A stretch of 64,000 bases of DNA, taken from the IMG/VR virus record IMGVR_UViG_3300023184_004591, positions 1 to 64,000 of that record. The stretch is one strand, 5' to 3'. The position numbers and the translations under genes are program-made. Shown here one piece after another: positions 32,051-41,152 of the stretch (within the stretch, counting starts at the first letter, position 1; each line of letters opens with the position of its first letter). Under the pieces are notes generated by a model. That model was given only the letters and a program-made list of their open reading frames with translations. It searched no databases and was not told the origin of the DNA. This stretch comes from a virus.

Positions 32051-33820
32051 TTGGAAGTTACCCCATCACTAATAGAGCATAAAGCTTTGTCCTTATTGGA
32101 CTCGTATTCGGGTGCCAACAATCACATATTGTATCTAAAAACAAAAAAAGAAACAAGTAAAAAGTTTTATCCAACAAGAACTCAAGCAGATTACATTATA
32201 AATTATTTTGATACAACACCTAAGGTTGCACGTAAGTGGGTTGATCTTGACACTTATTTCGCAAAGAAGTTTGCTGAAGAAAGATACTTGATGGAAACCC
32301 CTGAAAAAATTTACATTGAGAAATTATTAGTAGAAAAAGAAAAATCATATCATATTTGGGGTAAGTTTTTTGATAAGGATCCTTTAACAGAATTTTGGGT
32401 ACCTAAATCTTCGTTAATTAAAACTCACAATGTCGAGAAGGTTGAAGTTGATTATTCTAAATATGATCACCGACCACCATTGGAACATCAAAAAGAGGCG
32501 GTAGAAAAATTGGCAGGATCAAGACGATTCATTCTTGCTGATGACATGGGTCTTGGTAAAACAACCGCAACAATTATTGCGGCTTTAGAGACAGGTGCAA
32601 AAAAAATATTAATTATTTGTCCTGCATCGTTAAAGATAAATTGGCAACGTGAAATTGAAAATTATTCAGATAGACCTGTTTATATTGCAGAGGGGAAGAA
32701 ATTTTCAACTGAGTCTGATTTTGTGATTGTAAACTATGATATCCTAAAAAATTTCCACGACATTGACCCAAAAAAGAAAGACGGATCAATATTAACACAA
32801 TCAAACTTTGACCTTGTTATTTTAGATGAGGCACATATGATCTCAAATCCTCAAGCTCAACGAACAAAGATTATAAATCATTTCGTTAAAGATATTAAAA
32901 GAGTTTGGTTGTTAACTGGAACTCCGATGACTTCTCGCCCAATGAACTATTATAACTTACTGAATATTATTGAATCACCTGTTGCACAGAATTGGATGGC
33001 TTATGCTATTCGTTATTGTCAAGGTTACCAATTTATGGCAGGTAAAAGAAAAGTTTGGAATGTAACGGGAGCATCTAATTTGGAGGAGTTGAGAGATCGT
33101 ACTTCAAAACAGATACTTCGAAGATTAAAAGAAGACGTGTTAGATCTTCCCGATAAAATTATTTCCCCTGTCTACCTTCGTTTGAAATCTAAAGACTATG
33201 AGGAATTAATGGGGGAGTATTATGATTGGTTTGACAATAAAAAAGATGAGTCATCATCTCTTACTGTTCAGTTCTCAAAATTAATGAAAGTACGTAAGGT
33301 TATTGCAAATGAAAAAACAAAACAGACAATTGAATTTGCTGAGAATATTATTGAACAAGGCAAAAAAGTTATAATCTTCACTAACTTCACTGATACTTTA
33401 CAAACAATCTATAATCATTTTGGAAAACAAGCGGTTTATTTAGATGGTAGTTGTTCCAAACCTCATCGTCAAAATGCGGTTGATGAGTTTCAAGAGAACG
33501 ATAAAATTAAAGTATTTGTTGGGAACTTAAAAGCTGCGGGTGTTGGATTAACTTTAACTGCCGCTGAGGTTGTGATTATGAATGACCTATCATTTGTTCC
33601 CGCCGAACACGCACAGGCCGAAGATAGGGCATATCGTTATGGTCAAAAATCAAACGTACTTGTTTATTATCCATTGTATGAAAATACAATAGAAGGTGCG
33701 GTTTATGATATACTAAATCGTAAAAAAGAAATCATTAGAACCGTTATGGGGGATGAACAACCCGAAAATGTTGGTGATGTTGTTGAGGAAATACTTGGTT
33801 TAATTAATAAGAGAAGGTAA
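32051..33820 (+). CDS. SNF2-family (SMARCAL1/HARP-like) helicase
   Basis: Motifs LADDMGLGKT, DEAH, LLTGTP, GVGLTLT and QAEDRAYRYGQ. The start codon is uncertain (TTG near 32051). Confidence 0.92.
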   Translation: MEVTPSLIEHKALSLLDSYSGANNHILYLKTKKETSKKFYPTRTQADYIINYFDTTPKVARKWVDLDTYFAKKFAEERYLMETPEKIYIEKLLVEKEKSYHIWGKFFDKDPLTEFWVPKSSLIKTHNVEKVEVDYSKYDHRPPLEHQKEAVEKLAGSRRFILADDMGLGKTTATIIAALETGAKKILIICPASLKINWQREIENYSDRPVYIAEGKKFSTESDFVIVNYDILKNFHDIDPKKKDGSILTQSNFDLVILDEAHMISNPQAQRTKIINHFVKDIKRVWLLTGTPMTSRPMNYYNLLNIIESPVAQNWMAYAIRYCQGYQFMAGKRKVWNVTGASNLEELRDRTSKQILRRLKEDVLDLPDKIISPVYLRLKSKDYEELMGEYYDWFDNKKDESSSLTVQFSKLMKVRKVIANEKTKQTIEFAENIIEQGKKVIIFTNFTDTLQTIYNHFGKQAVYLDGSCSKPHRQNAVDEFQENDKIKVFVGNLKAAGVGLTLTAAEVVIMNDLSFVPAEHAQAEDRAYRYGQKSNVLVYYPLYENTIEGAVYDILNRKKEIIRTVMGDEQPENVGDVVEEILGLINKRR

Positions 33821-33851
33821 ATCTTTTTGTTAATGATAATATTTATCATTA

Positions 33852-34940
33852 ATGAAAGTAAGCATCAAACGTACAAATTCAGGACTTGATCCAAAGTATA
33901 ACGAGTTAATTCACACCTTTATTAAATTCTTACAAAAGAATTATCAATTAAGGGACAATATTACTATTGAATTTGTTGGTGAGAAAACAGGTGGAATGTC
34001 CACAGGTAGTCATCACCCTGAAAATGGAATCAAAGTTTTAACTGACGGTAGATTAAATCGTGATATAATGAGAACATTAGCTCACGAGTGGGTTCATGCC
34101 TACCAAAGAAATGTTCTTAAAAGAGAACAAGGTCCAAACATTGGTGGTCAGAATGAAGATGAGGCAAATGCTTATGCTGGTCGACTAATCAAAATGTTTG
34201 AAGAAGAATTCCCACAATTTAATGAATTTGTTTTTGAAGGTTTAAAAGGGATTAACAATAAAATTAATCTTATTAATGAACAAATTCTATTATCAGAAAA
34301 ACAAAATATCAAAAAAGATTTTATAATGGAGATGAAAAAAATTGGGATTGAGAAATTACCATACTCCTATTCATCAATGAAACAATTTGTGGATCCTGAA
34401 ACTATGGACATCCATTATAACAAACATTATAAAGGTTATGTTAAAAAATTAAACGACGCACTTGCAAACAAAAAGGGTGATGTTGAATTGGAAGACATAA
34501 TTAAAAACATCAGTAAGTACGACACTAAAGTTAGAAATAATGCCGGTGGAGCATTTAACCACGCTTTATTTTGGAAAATGTTAAGTCCGACTAAACAGAA
34601 ACCAAGTGGTGAAGTATTTGATAAAATTGTAAAACAATACGGAAATATTAAAAAATTAAAAGATGAATTTAATCAAGTGGCTAAAGATCGATTTGGATCA
34701 GGATGGACTTGGTTAATTTTAACTAAGAATAATAGATTAAAAATTATTTCTACACCTAATCAAGATAACCCATTAATGAATATTGTTAAAGATGGTGGTT
34801 ATCCATTATTAGGTCTTGATGTGTGGGAACACGCATACTATCTAAAATATCGTAATAAACGTGACGAATATATTAATAATTTTTGGAATCACGTTAATTG
34901 GGAATTTGTTAACGAACTATATTTGTTAAGAACAAAATAA
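33852..34940 (+). CDS. Fusion of an N-terminal HExxH zincin-like domain and an Fe/Mn superoxide dismutase (Mn-type signature)
   Basis: RTLAHEWVH...EDEANA, followed by LPYSY, HYNKHY, NNAGGAFNHALFW, FGSGW, NQD and DVWEHAYY. Confidence 0.88.
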   Translation: MKVSIKRTNSGLDPKYNELIHTFIKFLQKNYQLRDNITIEFVGEKTGGMSTGSHHPENGIKVLTDGRLNRDIMRTLAHEWVHAYQRNVLKREQGPNIGGQNEDEANAYAGRLIKMFEEEFPQFNEFVFEGLKGINNKINLINEQILLSEKQNIKKDFIMEMKKIGIEKLPYSYSSMKQFVDPETMDIHYNKHYKGYVKKLNDALANKKGDVELEDIIKNISKYDTKVRNNAGGAFNHALFWKMLSPTKQKPSGEVFDKIVKQYGNIKKLKDEFNQVAKDRFGSGWTWLILTKNNRLKIISTPNQDNPLMNIVKDGGYPLLGLDVWEHAYYLKYRNKRDEYINNFWNHVNWEFVNELYLLRTK

Positions 34941-34965
34941 TAAGATATTTATAAATAAAACTTAT

Positions 34966-36090
34966 ATGTCGATAATTAGCGAACCAGAAAGAAGTGACCT
35001 ATACAAAAAAGTGAAACACGTTTTAGGTGCCCCACTTAGAAGTATAGAATTGGAAGAGGAACAAATGGACACTCTTCTTGAATTTTCTATTGATGAATAT
35101 TCACAATACGTACAAGATTGGTTAACTGAATCTCAGTGGACTAATTTATATAACTTAAACATGGACACACAATCATTATCAAAAGCGTTCACAACAAGAA
35201 GTTTAGATTACGAAACACGATACACTTATGCGTATTCTAAAATTGTAGGTTTACAGGCAGGTGGAGATTCGGTATTGAAAAAAGATTTTATACAATTAGT
35301 TCCTAATCAACAAATATATGAAATTCCTGAAAATAGAGAATTAAATGAATTGTTATGGTTCACACCAGCAACTTTAAATAGTTCAATGTTTGGGGCAGGA
35401 TTTGGATTCGGAGAATTTGGTGGTGGTATCGGTGGTGCGGGTGGATTCGCACAAATGGGTAACATGGCAGGAAGTTATTTTATGATGCCGGCATTTGATA
35501 TGTTATTGAGAATGCAAGAGATAAACATCCAAAAAAGAATTATTTCAGGTGATTTAACTTATAGAGTAACCGCATTACCAGGAGGTAAAAAGGCAGTTCA
35601 CTTAATGAACACACCCGGAGGTAAATTTGATTTCGGTAACTCAACTTTAATGAAAGGTAGAGTTTGGTATTGGTACTATGATGTTGGACCTGAAGATAGA
35701 GATGAATGTTTAAAAAACAATCCTGATATTATTAAATTACCTTCTGACGTACCATACGAAAAGGTTAGTTGGGTGGATCTTAATAACCCAGCACAAATTT
35801 GGGTTAGAAGATGGTTTATTGCTTATTGTAAAGAAACATTAGCGAGAGTAAGAGGTAAGTTTAGTGGTAATCTTAAATCACCTGATGGTGATTTAACTAT
35901 GGATTATGCTGCATTAGCAACCGAAGCAAAAGACGAAAAAACAAAATTGATTGATGAGTTAATTGGTGCCGAAGGTAGACTAACAAGGTTGAAACCTGAA
36001 AAAGTAATGGAACGTGAAGCATTAATTGCTGAGAATTTAAATAAGTCACTTAAGTTTAGGGCAATGCCAAGACAAATATACGTTATTTAA
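34966..36090 (+). CDS. Neck protein (T4 gp13-like head-tail adaptor)
   Basis: Motifs LGAPLRSIELEEEQ and WVRRWFIAYCKETLARVRGKF. Confidence 0.7.
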   Translation: MSIISEPERSDLYKKVKHVLGAPLRSIELEEEQMDTLLEFSIDEYSQYVQDWLTESQWTNLYNLNMDTQSLSKAFTTRSLDYETRYTYAYSKIVGLQAGGDSVLKKDFIQLVPNQQIYEIPENRELNELLWFTPATLNSSMFGAGFGFGEFGGGIGGAGGFAQMGNMAGSYFMMPAFDMLLRMQEINIQKRIISGDLTYRVTALPGGKKAVHLMNTPGGKFDFGNSTLMKGRVWYWYYDVGPEDRDECLKNNPDIIKLPSDVPYEKVSWVDLNNPAQIWVRRWFIAYCKETLARVRGKFSGNLKSPDGDLTMDYAALATEAKDEKTKLIDELIGAEGRLTRLKPEKVMEREALIAENLNKSLKFRAMPRQIYVI

Positions 36091-36091
36091 T

Positions 36092-36442
36092 ATGCCAATA
36101 ATTAAAGAAATACCAATAAGAAAGACTATAATGAAAGAAAATATTGTCATAGAAGATAATACCAAGTACGATAATTTAATTCTATTTGAAAAACATTATA
36201 CCACAAATGGTGAGGATCTTATTATTGTTAAAACAATTGGTGGATCAGAAATTTTATTAAACTCTGAAACCACCAATCGTGTTATTATAAAATCATTGGT
36301 TAGTGTTTTAATTAAACCTAACACAGGTAAAATTGATGAGGAGTGGGATGAACTATTGTTAGAAAAAGGGGCTTGTGTCCAATTTCAATTTGTTCAGGGT
36401 AACTGGTATGTGCTTTCGTCCGATGGAATAAAAATTTCCTAA
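36092..36442 (+). CDS. Hypothetical beta-rich protein
   Basis: ORF coupled to the gp13-like gene, ending GNWYVLSSDG. Confidence 0.7.
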   Translation: MPIIKEIPIRKTIMKENIVIEDNTKYDNLILFEKHYTTNGEDLIIVKTIGGSEILLNSETTNRVIIKSLVSVLIKPNTGKIDEEWDELLLEKGACVQFQFVQGNWYVLSSDGIKIS

Positions 36443-37038
36443 AGTATTTTAGAACCTTTAGTCATATTATCTTTAGACCATAAAGGTTGTAAGTTACTAT
36501 AATGACATAATTTATAGATCTCTTCCTCTGTTTTTGCCGAAGATAATGGAATTATATGGTCAATATGCCAACCATAAAAACTTTTATTATCCCAAGTCAT
36601 TCCATCTGTAAATTTACTTTCCAAATATTCTTTTAAAAATTTAATATCACAACCTAAATAATCCACTGACCTATTATTTTTAACATATCCATAGTCTCTA
36701 AAAATATCTTTTAATCTATTCCTATAATTTGTTTTTAATTTAAACAGAATATCTTCATTATATTTTTTTTTAAAATAGTTTGAGTGATAATCTCTAACCT
36801 TATCTTTATTTTTATTTTTCCATTTTTTTGTATATTCATAAGATATTCCATGATTCTTATCAAGAAAATTTTTTTGAATATCTTTGTATTTTTTATCGTT
36901 ATTTAACCTCCAAGTGGTTGAATTTTTATTTTGACAAATCTTACAATTACTTCTTAATTTATCTTTACCATATGAATTTTTATAAAACTCACAAACATTT
37001 TTTATTTCTTTACACTTACTACAAATTTTTGTTTCCAT
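36439..37038 (-). CDS. HNH homing-endonuclease-like protein with an N-terminal Zn finger
   Basis: CSKC...CKIC, YLGC, GMTWDN, WHIDHIIPLS and HYSNLQPLWSKDN. Confidence 0.85.
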   Translation of the reverse strand: METKICSKCKEIKNVCEFYKNSYGKDKLRSNCKICQNKNSTTWRLNNDKKYKDIQKNFLDKNHGISYEYTKKWKNKNKDKVRDYHSNYFKKKYNEDILFKLKTNYRNRLKDIFRDYGYVKNNRSVDYLGCDIKFLKEYLESKFTDGMTWDNKSFYGWHIDHIIPLSSAKTEEEIYKLCHYSNLQPLWSKDNMTKGSKIL

Positions 37039-37174
37039 AATATTCTCTAACTAATTTTTCTATTATGCGGGAAACCATTATCTTTTCTTCTTTTATTTTA
37101 TCATATAAAATTCTATCAAGACTAATGCTAACTTTAACTTTTTTTTCTTCTTTATTTTTTTTAAGTCTTCCCAT
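37019..37174 (-). CDS. Small ribbon-helix-helix-like protein
   Basis: MGRLKKNKEEKKVKVSISLDRILYDKIKEEKIMVSRIIEKLVREY; overlaps the HNH start. Confidence 0.6.
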   Translation of the reverse strand: MGRLKKNKEEKKVKVSISLDRILYDKIKEEKIMVSRIIEKLVREYYGNKNL

Positions 37175-37211
37175 AATAATAAATATATAGTTTTTTATAA
37201 AAATACTACTT

Positions 37212-40145
37212 TTATACGTATTCTTCCCATCCTTCTTCTGCCAATTCATACATATAATTTGGGTCAATACCAACCGATTCCCAAAATTCTACTTCACCTT
37301 GTTCCATCTTGATTAAGTTTTCATAAACATCATCTTGGTCCGCAGGGCTAAATGGTTTACCGTTAATCAATTTACATTGGTCCGTAGTGTAGAAACTTCT
37401 ATCTTCAGGATCCTTAACTAATAAAGTATCTCTAACCTCGTCATCAAACACAATCATCAAAGGTTCAACTCGTTTATTAAAAGTTGCAATAGCTCTTTGT
37501 ATATTATATTCACCTAACATCTCAGGGTTATTTTCTAAATCAGATGGTTCAATTCGATAACAATTTAATTGGACAACTGATTCTGTACTAGTAAGTCGAT
37601 ATGCTAAATCTGTTGGGATTCCTGTATTAGCCTCCTTGTTTTTGGCATCGCTACGAACCCAATTATCTTCAGACCAAGATTTCTCCCAACCATTGTTAAG
37701 TAAAAACTTTTCTTTCTGTTTATATTCTATATTACTTCTTGAACTATCTGAAAAGAACAAGTCAATTTGTTCTTGTGACCAACCTTTTTTTGGTTGGTTT
37801 ACTTTCTGAACATCACCATGAGACGCCTTTGTTCCGTTATTAACATATAAAATCATATCTCCAAGATTTGCTTGTATTCCATCTTTTATAAGAAGTTCCA
37901 TGTGGGCCATTCTTGAATTAAGACTACCTGCCTTTGTAGTTTGTTTACTACGTTTGATGTAATCATCAATACTCAATTTAACTTTAGCCTTGGATGCGAT
38001 CTCAGCCAAAGGAATTTTTTGGTCAAATATCTTTTGAATGTACTCATAGTACCATTCAATAAATTCTTTTCCCTCACCTCTAAGTAATTGTTTAACGCCT
38101 TTATCCAAAAACTTCTCAATGTATTTTGGCATTTTTTTGGATTTAATACTATTACCCGTTAGTTTAACTTTACCATTGTGTTCCATCGTTGCGTAGTTCT
38201 TACGAGCCAAGTTAATACAAGAATCCCAAGTACCATCACAATCAAGTCCCATCTCACCTTTCATAAAGATATCGTTAAACTCTGCAACATCGGCATCATA
38301 ACCACGATATTCTTTACCCTCTTTAACCAACCAATTTTTTCCTTTACCAATATAAACTCTATCATCAACACCACCCTCAGGTAATGAGAAGTTCATACCA
38401 TCGGTGTCACACACCAAAGGACTATATCCTCTCTTACTAAAGAAGTTTAACATTTGTCTTAAGTATTGTCTACCTGTACAAGTGATCTGTTCCCCCATAT
38501 CAATATCGCCCCACGGAAATACTTGTGGTGCGGATAACGATCCGAAGAACGCATTAATAAAGATCTTAATAGGTAATTGTTTACGGTCATAAGATGTTGA
38601 CTTCTTCTTATCGATAGTCTTATATTCCGCAGCCAAATTCTTGTACATAATACGAGAGTTACGGAAGTAAGTTAATAACCCCTTCATTGCTCCCGTTATA
38701 TCACACTCAGGGAACACGTCGTGAACTAACTGAATGGATGGGTATAGTGAAGAGTAGTCAAGTTTAAGTACGTCCTTAGAGTACCCTACTTTTAATAATC
38801 GTGATAGACCACCAACAAAACTTCTTCTTTCTTCTTTCTTGGGGATTGCCAAACCATATTTGTATGACCAAGCCAACATTACCATTTTCCATAATGTTGC
38901 GGTACCCATTGTTGATGCTCTCTCATATGTTGTCGGAACTAAAGATGCTAATAGAAACGTTGCTTGGTTGAACTCGTCATCCACAATCAACGTTTCCTCA
39001 AGGTCATCGTCAAGGTAACGCTCAACTATGTCGTCCCCCGTTGTTTTAAGATAAACATCTCCTCGTCTTACGCATATCTCATCCACCTTTGGGTCAATAC
39101 CAACTTTTTTGTATTTACCATTTTCAGTATTTAACCAATACTCATCTTTCTCTGCATACATTGGGCCAATACTTGTGTGGTCAATGTAGATACGATCAGG
39201 AGCTTCTGCATCAATATACTTGGTAATATATTTCAAACCTGCCTCTTTAATGTTTGAGTTGATTGCTTGTGATCTACGAACTGAATGGATAATGTCAATT
39301 ACATTATAACCCCACATTTGGACTTGATTAAATCTCTCAACCTCATTCGCCAACTTTAACATTGATTCTTTCTGTGAGATTGTCTTCTTAGCATTCATTG
39401 AGATTGCGATTCTCTTAATATCTAAATTTAGAGCCTTACATCTTTCGAATATCCAAAACCAGTCAAAGTTTGCTGAGTTATAACCCGCAATGATTGATGG
39501 TTTAAGTTGGTCTATTGTTCTGAAGAATTCCACAATACCTGCTCGTTCCTCATCTTCGTTTGAACATTCGATAACTTTTTGGAATCCTTTATTTGTTTTC
39601 ATTCCAATCATAAAGATACGACCATCCTTAGGTTCTAATGCGGTCGTCTCAAGGTCAAATACAAACCTCGTAATATCATTGTATTCCTCAAACCCTTTGA
39701 ACAATCGTTTCTCTTTTGAGATGAGGTATTGTTCTACAGGTGATACCATTAGGATTTTATCTTTTGCCTTTTCTCCCCATGGATCAATCCCACCATCACG
39801 GAAGAATTGAGTTAAAGAACGATATCCTTTAATAGATTTAACCATAAAGGTCAACCCTTCTTCTAATCGTTTATTACCATCTGTTCGGAGTTTTTCTATG
39901 AGGATACCATATTTACCCATGGCCTGTTTTTGTAAGGCCTTGGATCCTTCGTAAAAGTTAAGACCACGTAGATCACCAACCCAAGCAAACGCAATGAGTG
40001 AATCCTGTTGTATAATCTTACCTTTACCGGGAACTTCTTTAATTTTGAAAATGTGGTCTGATATATAATCAAACTCTACGGAAACAATATGTTCCTCAGG
40101 ATCGTTCCCTTCTAGGAAACTTTTAATTTCTTCTTGTGATATCAT
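37212..40145 (-). CDS. Family B DNA polymerase
   Basis: Exonuclease motifs FDLETT and GYNSANFD; polymerase motifs LDYSSLYPS, KIFINAFFG and DTDG. Confidence 0.95.
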   Translation of the reverse strand: MISQEEIKSFLEGNDPEEHIVSVEFDYISDHIFKIKEVPGKGKIIQQDSLIAFAWVGDLRGLNFYEGSKALQKQAMGKYGILIEKLRTDGNKRLEEGLTFMVKSIKGYRSLTQFFRDGGIDPWGEKAKDKILMVSPVEQYLISKEKRLFKGFEEYNDITRFVFDLETTALEPKDGRIFMIGMKTNKGFQKVIECSNEDEERAGIVEFFRTIDQLKPSIIAGYNSANFDWFWIFERCKALNLDIKRIAISMNAKKTISQKESMLKLANEVERFNQVQMWGYNVIDIIHSVRRSQAINSNIKEAGLKYITKYIDAEAPDRIYIDHTSIGPMYAEKDEYWLNTENGKYKKVGIDPKVDEICVRRGDVYLKTTGDDIVERYLDDDLEETLIVDDEFNQATFLLASLVPTTYERASTMGTATLWKMVMLAWSYKYGLAIPKKEERRSFVGGLSRLLKVGYSKDVLKLDYSSLYPSIQLVHDVFPECDITGAMKGLLTYFRNSRIMYKNLAAEYKTIDKKKSTSYDRKQLPIKIFINAFFGSLSAPQVFPWGDIDMGEQITCTGRQYLRQMLNFFSKRGYSPLVCDTDGMNFSLPEGGVDDRVYIGKGKNWLVKEGKEYRGYDADVAEFNDIFMKGEMGLDCDGTWDSCINLARKNYATMEHNGKVKLTGNSIKSKKMPKYIEKFLDKGVKQLLRGEGKEFIEWYYEYIQKIFDQKIPLAEIASKAKVKLSIDDYIKRSKQTTKAGSLNSRMAHMELLIKDGIQANLGDMILYVNNGTKASHGDVQKVNQPKKGWSQEQIDLFFSDSSRSNIEYKQKEKFLLNNGWEKSWSEDNWVRSDAKNKEANTGIPTDLAYRLTSTESVVQLNCYRIEPSDLENNPEMLGEYNIQRAIATFNKRVEPLMIVFDDEVRDTLLVKDPEDRSFYTTDQCKLINGKPFSPADQDDVYENLIKMEQGEVEFWESVGIDPNYMYELAEEGWEEYV

Positions 40146-40205
40146 AATACTTTTTGAGTTGGTTCATTGGCTTTCGTGTACAACGAAATTTACCTTACAC
40201 TCATA

Positions 40206-40234
40206 AGTATATCAAAAAATTAAACTGATGTCAA
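40206..40234 (-). promoter_or_regulatory. Sigma70-like promoter TTGACA-17-TATACT for the DNA polymerase gene
   Basis: Minus strand reads ttgaca tcagtttaattttttga tatact. Confidence 0.8.
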
Positions 40235-40243
40235 CCAAATTTA

Positions 40244-41125
40244 TTAACAAGGAGGATTTAATAATGTGTATTCGGTAATATAACCTGAGTTATCAATAAC
40301 AACCCAATGTAATTCTGATAACGGTGTGACTCCCCCTGTAGTTACAATATAATTTCCTGGTTCAAATCGGTAATTATAATCATAATAATAACCAACATAT
40401 GTACCAACTTGTAATGGTAGATTAGTTAAACCGATAATTCCAGACCAACTAGCTCCCCCATTGTAAGTTTCACATACAACAGTTTCTGAGGATAATGCAT
40501 TAGGTACGGTATCTAAATTGGTGAATGGACCATCTAATGTATATCTATAACCATATTGAAAAGTTACATTATCATATAGACCTGTAGTTGTAGTTGTTGT
40601 TAAATTTTGGGTAGTAGTCGTAGTAATTGGTTCAGGTGTTGGAGTTGGCGGACAACAAGCCCTACAACTAGGACAAGGAGTTGTGGTTGTTGTGGTTGTT
40701 GTCGGGATACTTGCACAACAAGGAAAATCAACAACATAACAAGACTCATATGGAAGATCATCAGCAATGAAACTTTCCTGTACATTAATATAAAGTTTTT
40801 CTCTGATTGGTAAAATTAATGTACCATCCGAATTTCGTAATAAAAATTGACCTTCATATCTACCAACCTTTCTTGTATCATTTGATGTGAATTGATAATA
40901 AACATAATACTCATACTCAGCATTCGGGTCCATTAATGTTTTCTCAACAAATCCTGCAGGTCTAGTAACAATTCTTGGAATTCCCGTTTCAGTGTCTACC
41001 ATAGAAAAGAAGATAGAAGCTTCCTCGATCATTTCCATCATCTTGTTATAATCACTTCTACCGTCCTTAACGACTTGCATCTTTAAAACGGGCAACGTAG
41101 CATTTTTCTTAATGTAAAATTCCAT
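40244..41125 (-). CDS. Putative virion protein: BppU-like N-terminal domain followed by a Thr/Pro/Cys-rich linker
   Basis: FYIKKNATLP..YQFTSNDT..GRYEGQF, then poly-Thr tracts. Confidence 0.6.
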   Translation of the reverse strand: MEFYIKKNATLPVLKMQVVKDGRSDYNKMMEMIEEASIFFSMVDTETGIPRIVTRPAGFVEKTLMDPNAEYEYYVYYQFTSNDTRKVGRYEGQFLLRNSDGTLILPIREKLYINVQESFIADDLPYESCYVVDFPCCASIPTTTTTTTTPCPSCRACCPPTPTPEPITTTTTQNLTTTTTTGLYDNVTFQYGYRYTLDGPFTNLDTVPNALSSETVVCETYNGGASWSGIIGLTNLPLQVGTYVGYYYDYNYRFEPGNYIVTTGGVTPLSELHWVVIDNSGYITEYTLLNPPC

Positions 41126-41152
41126 TATTTGATTTTACAATAAATATTGCAA

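Noticed and set aside
37212-40145. Inteins or introns in the polymerase, RNR or helicase
   Set aside because: The ORFs are continuous and of ordinary size, and no intein splice or LAGLIDADG motifs were seen.
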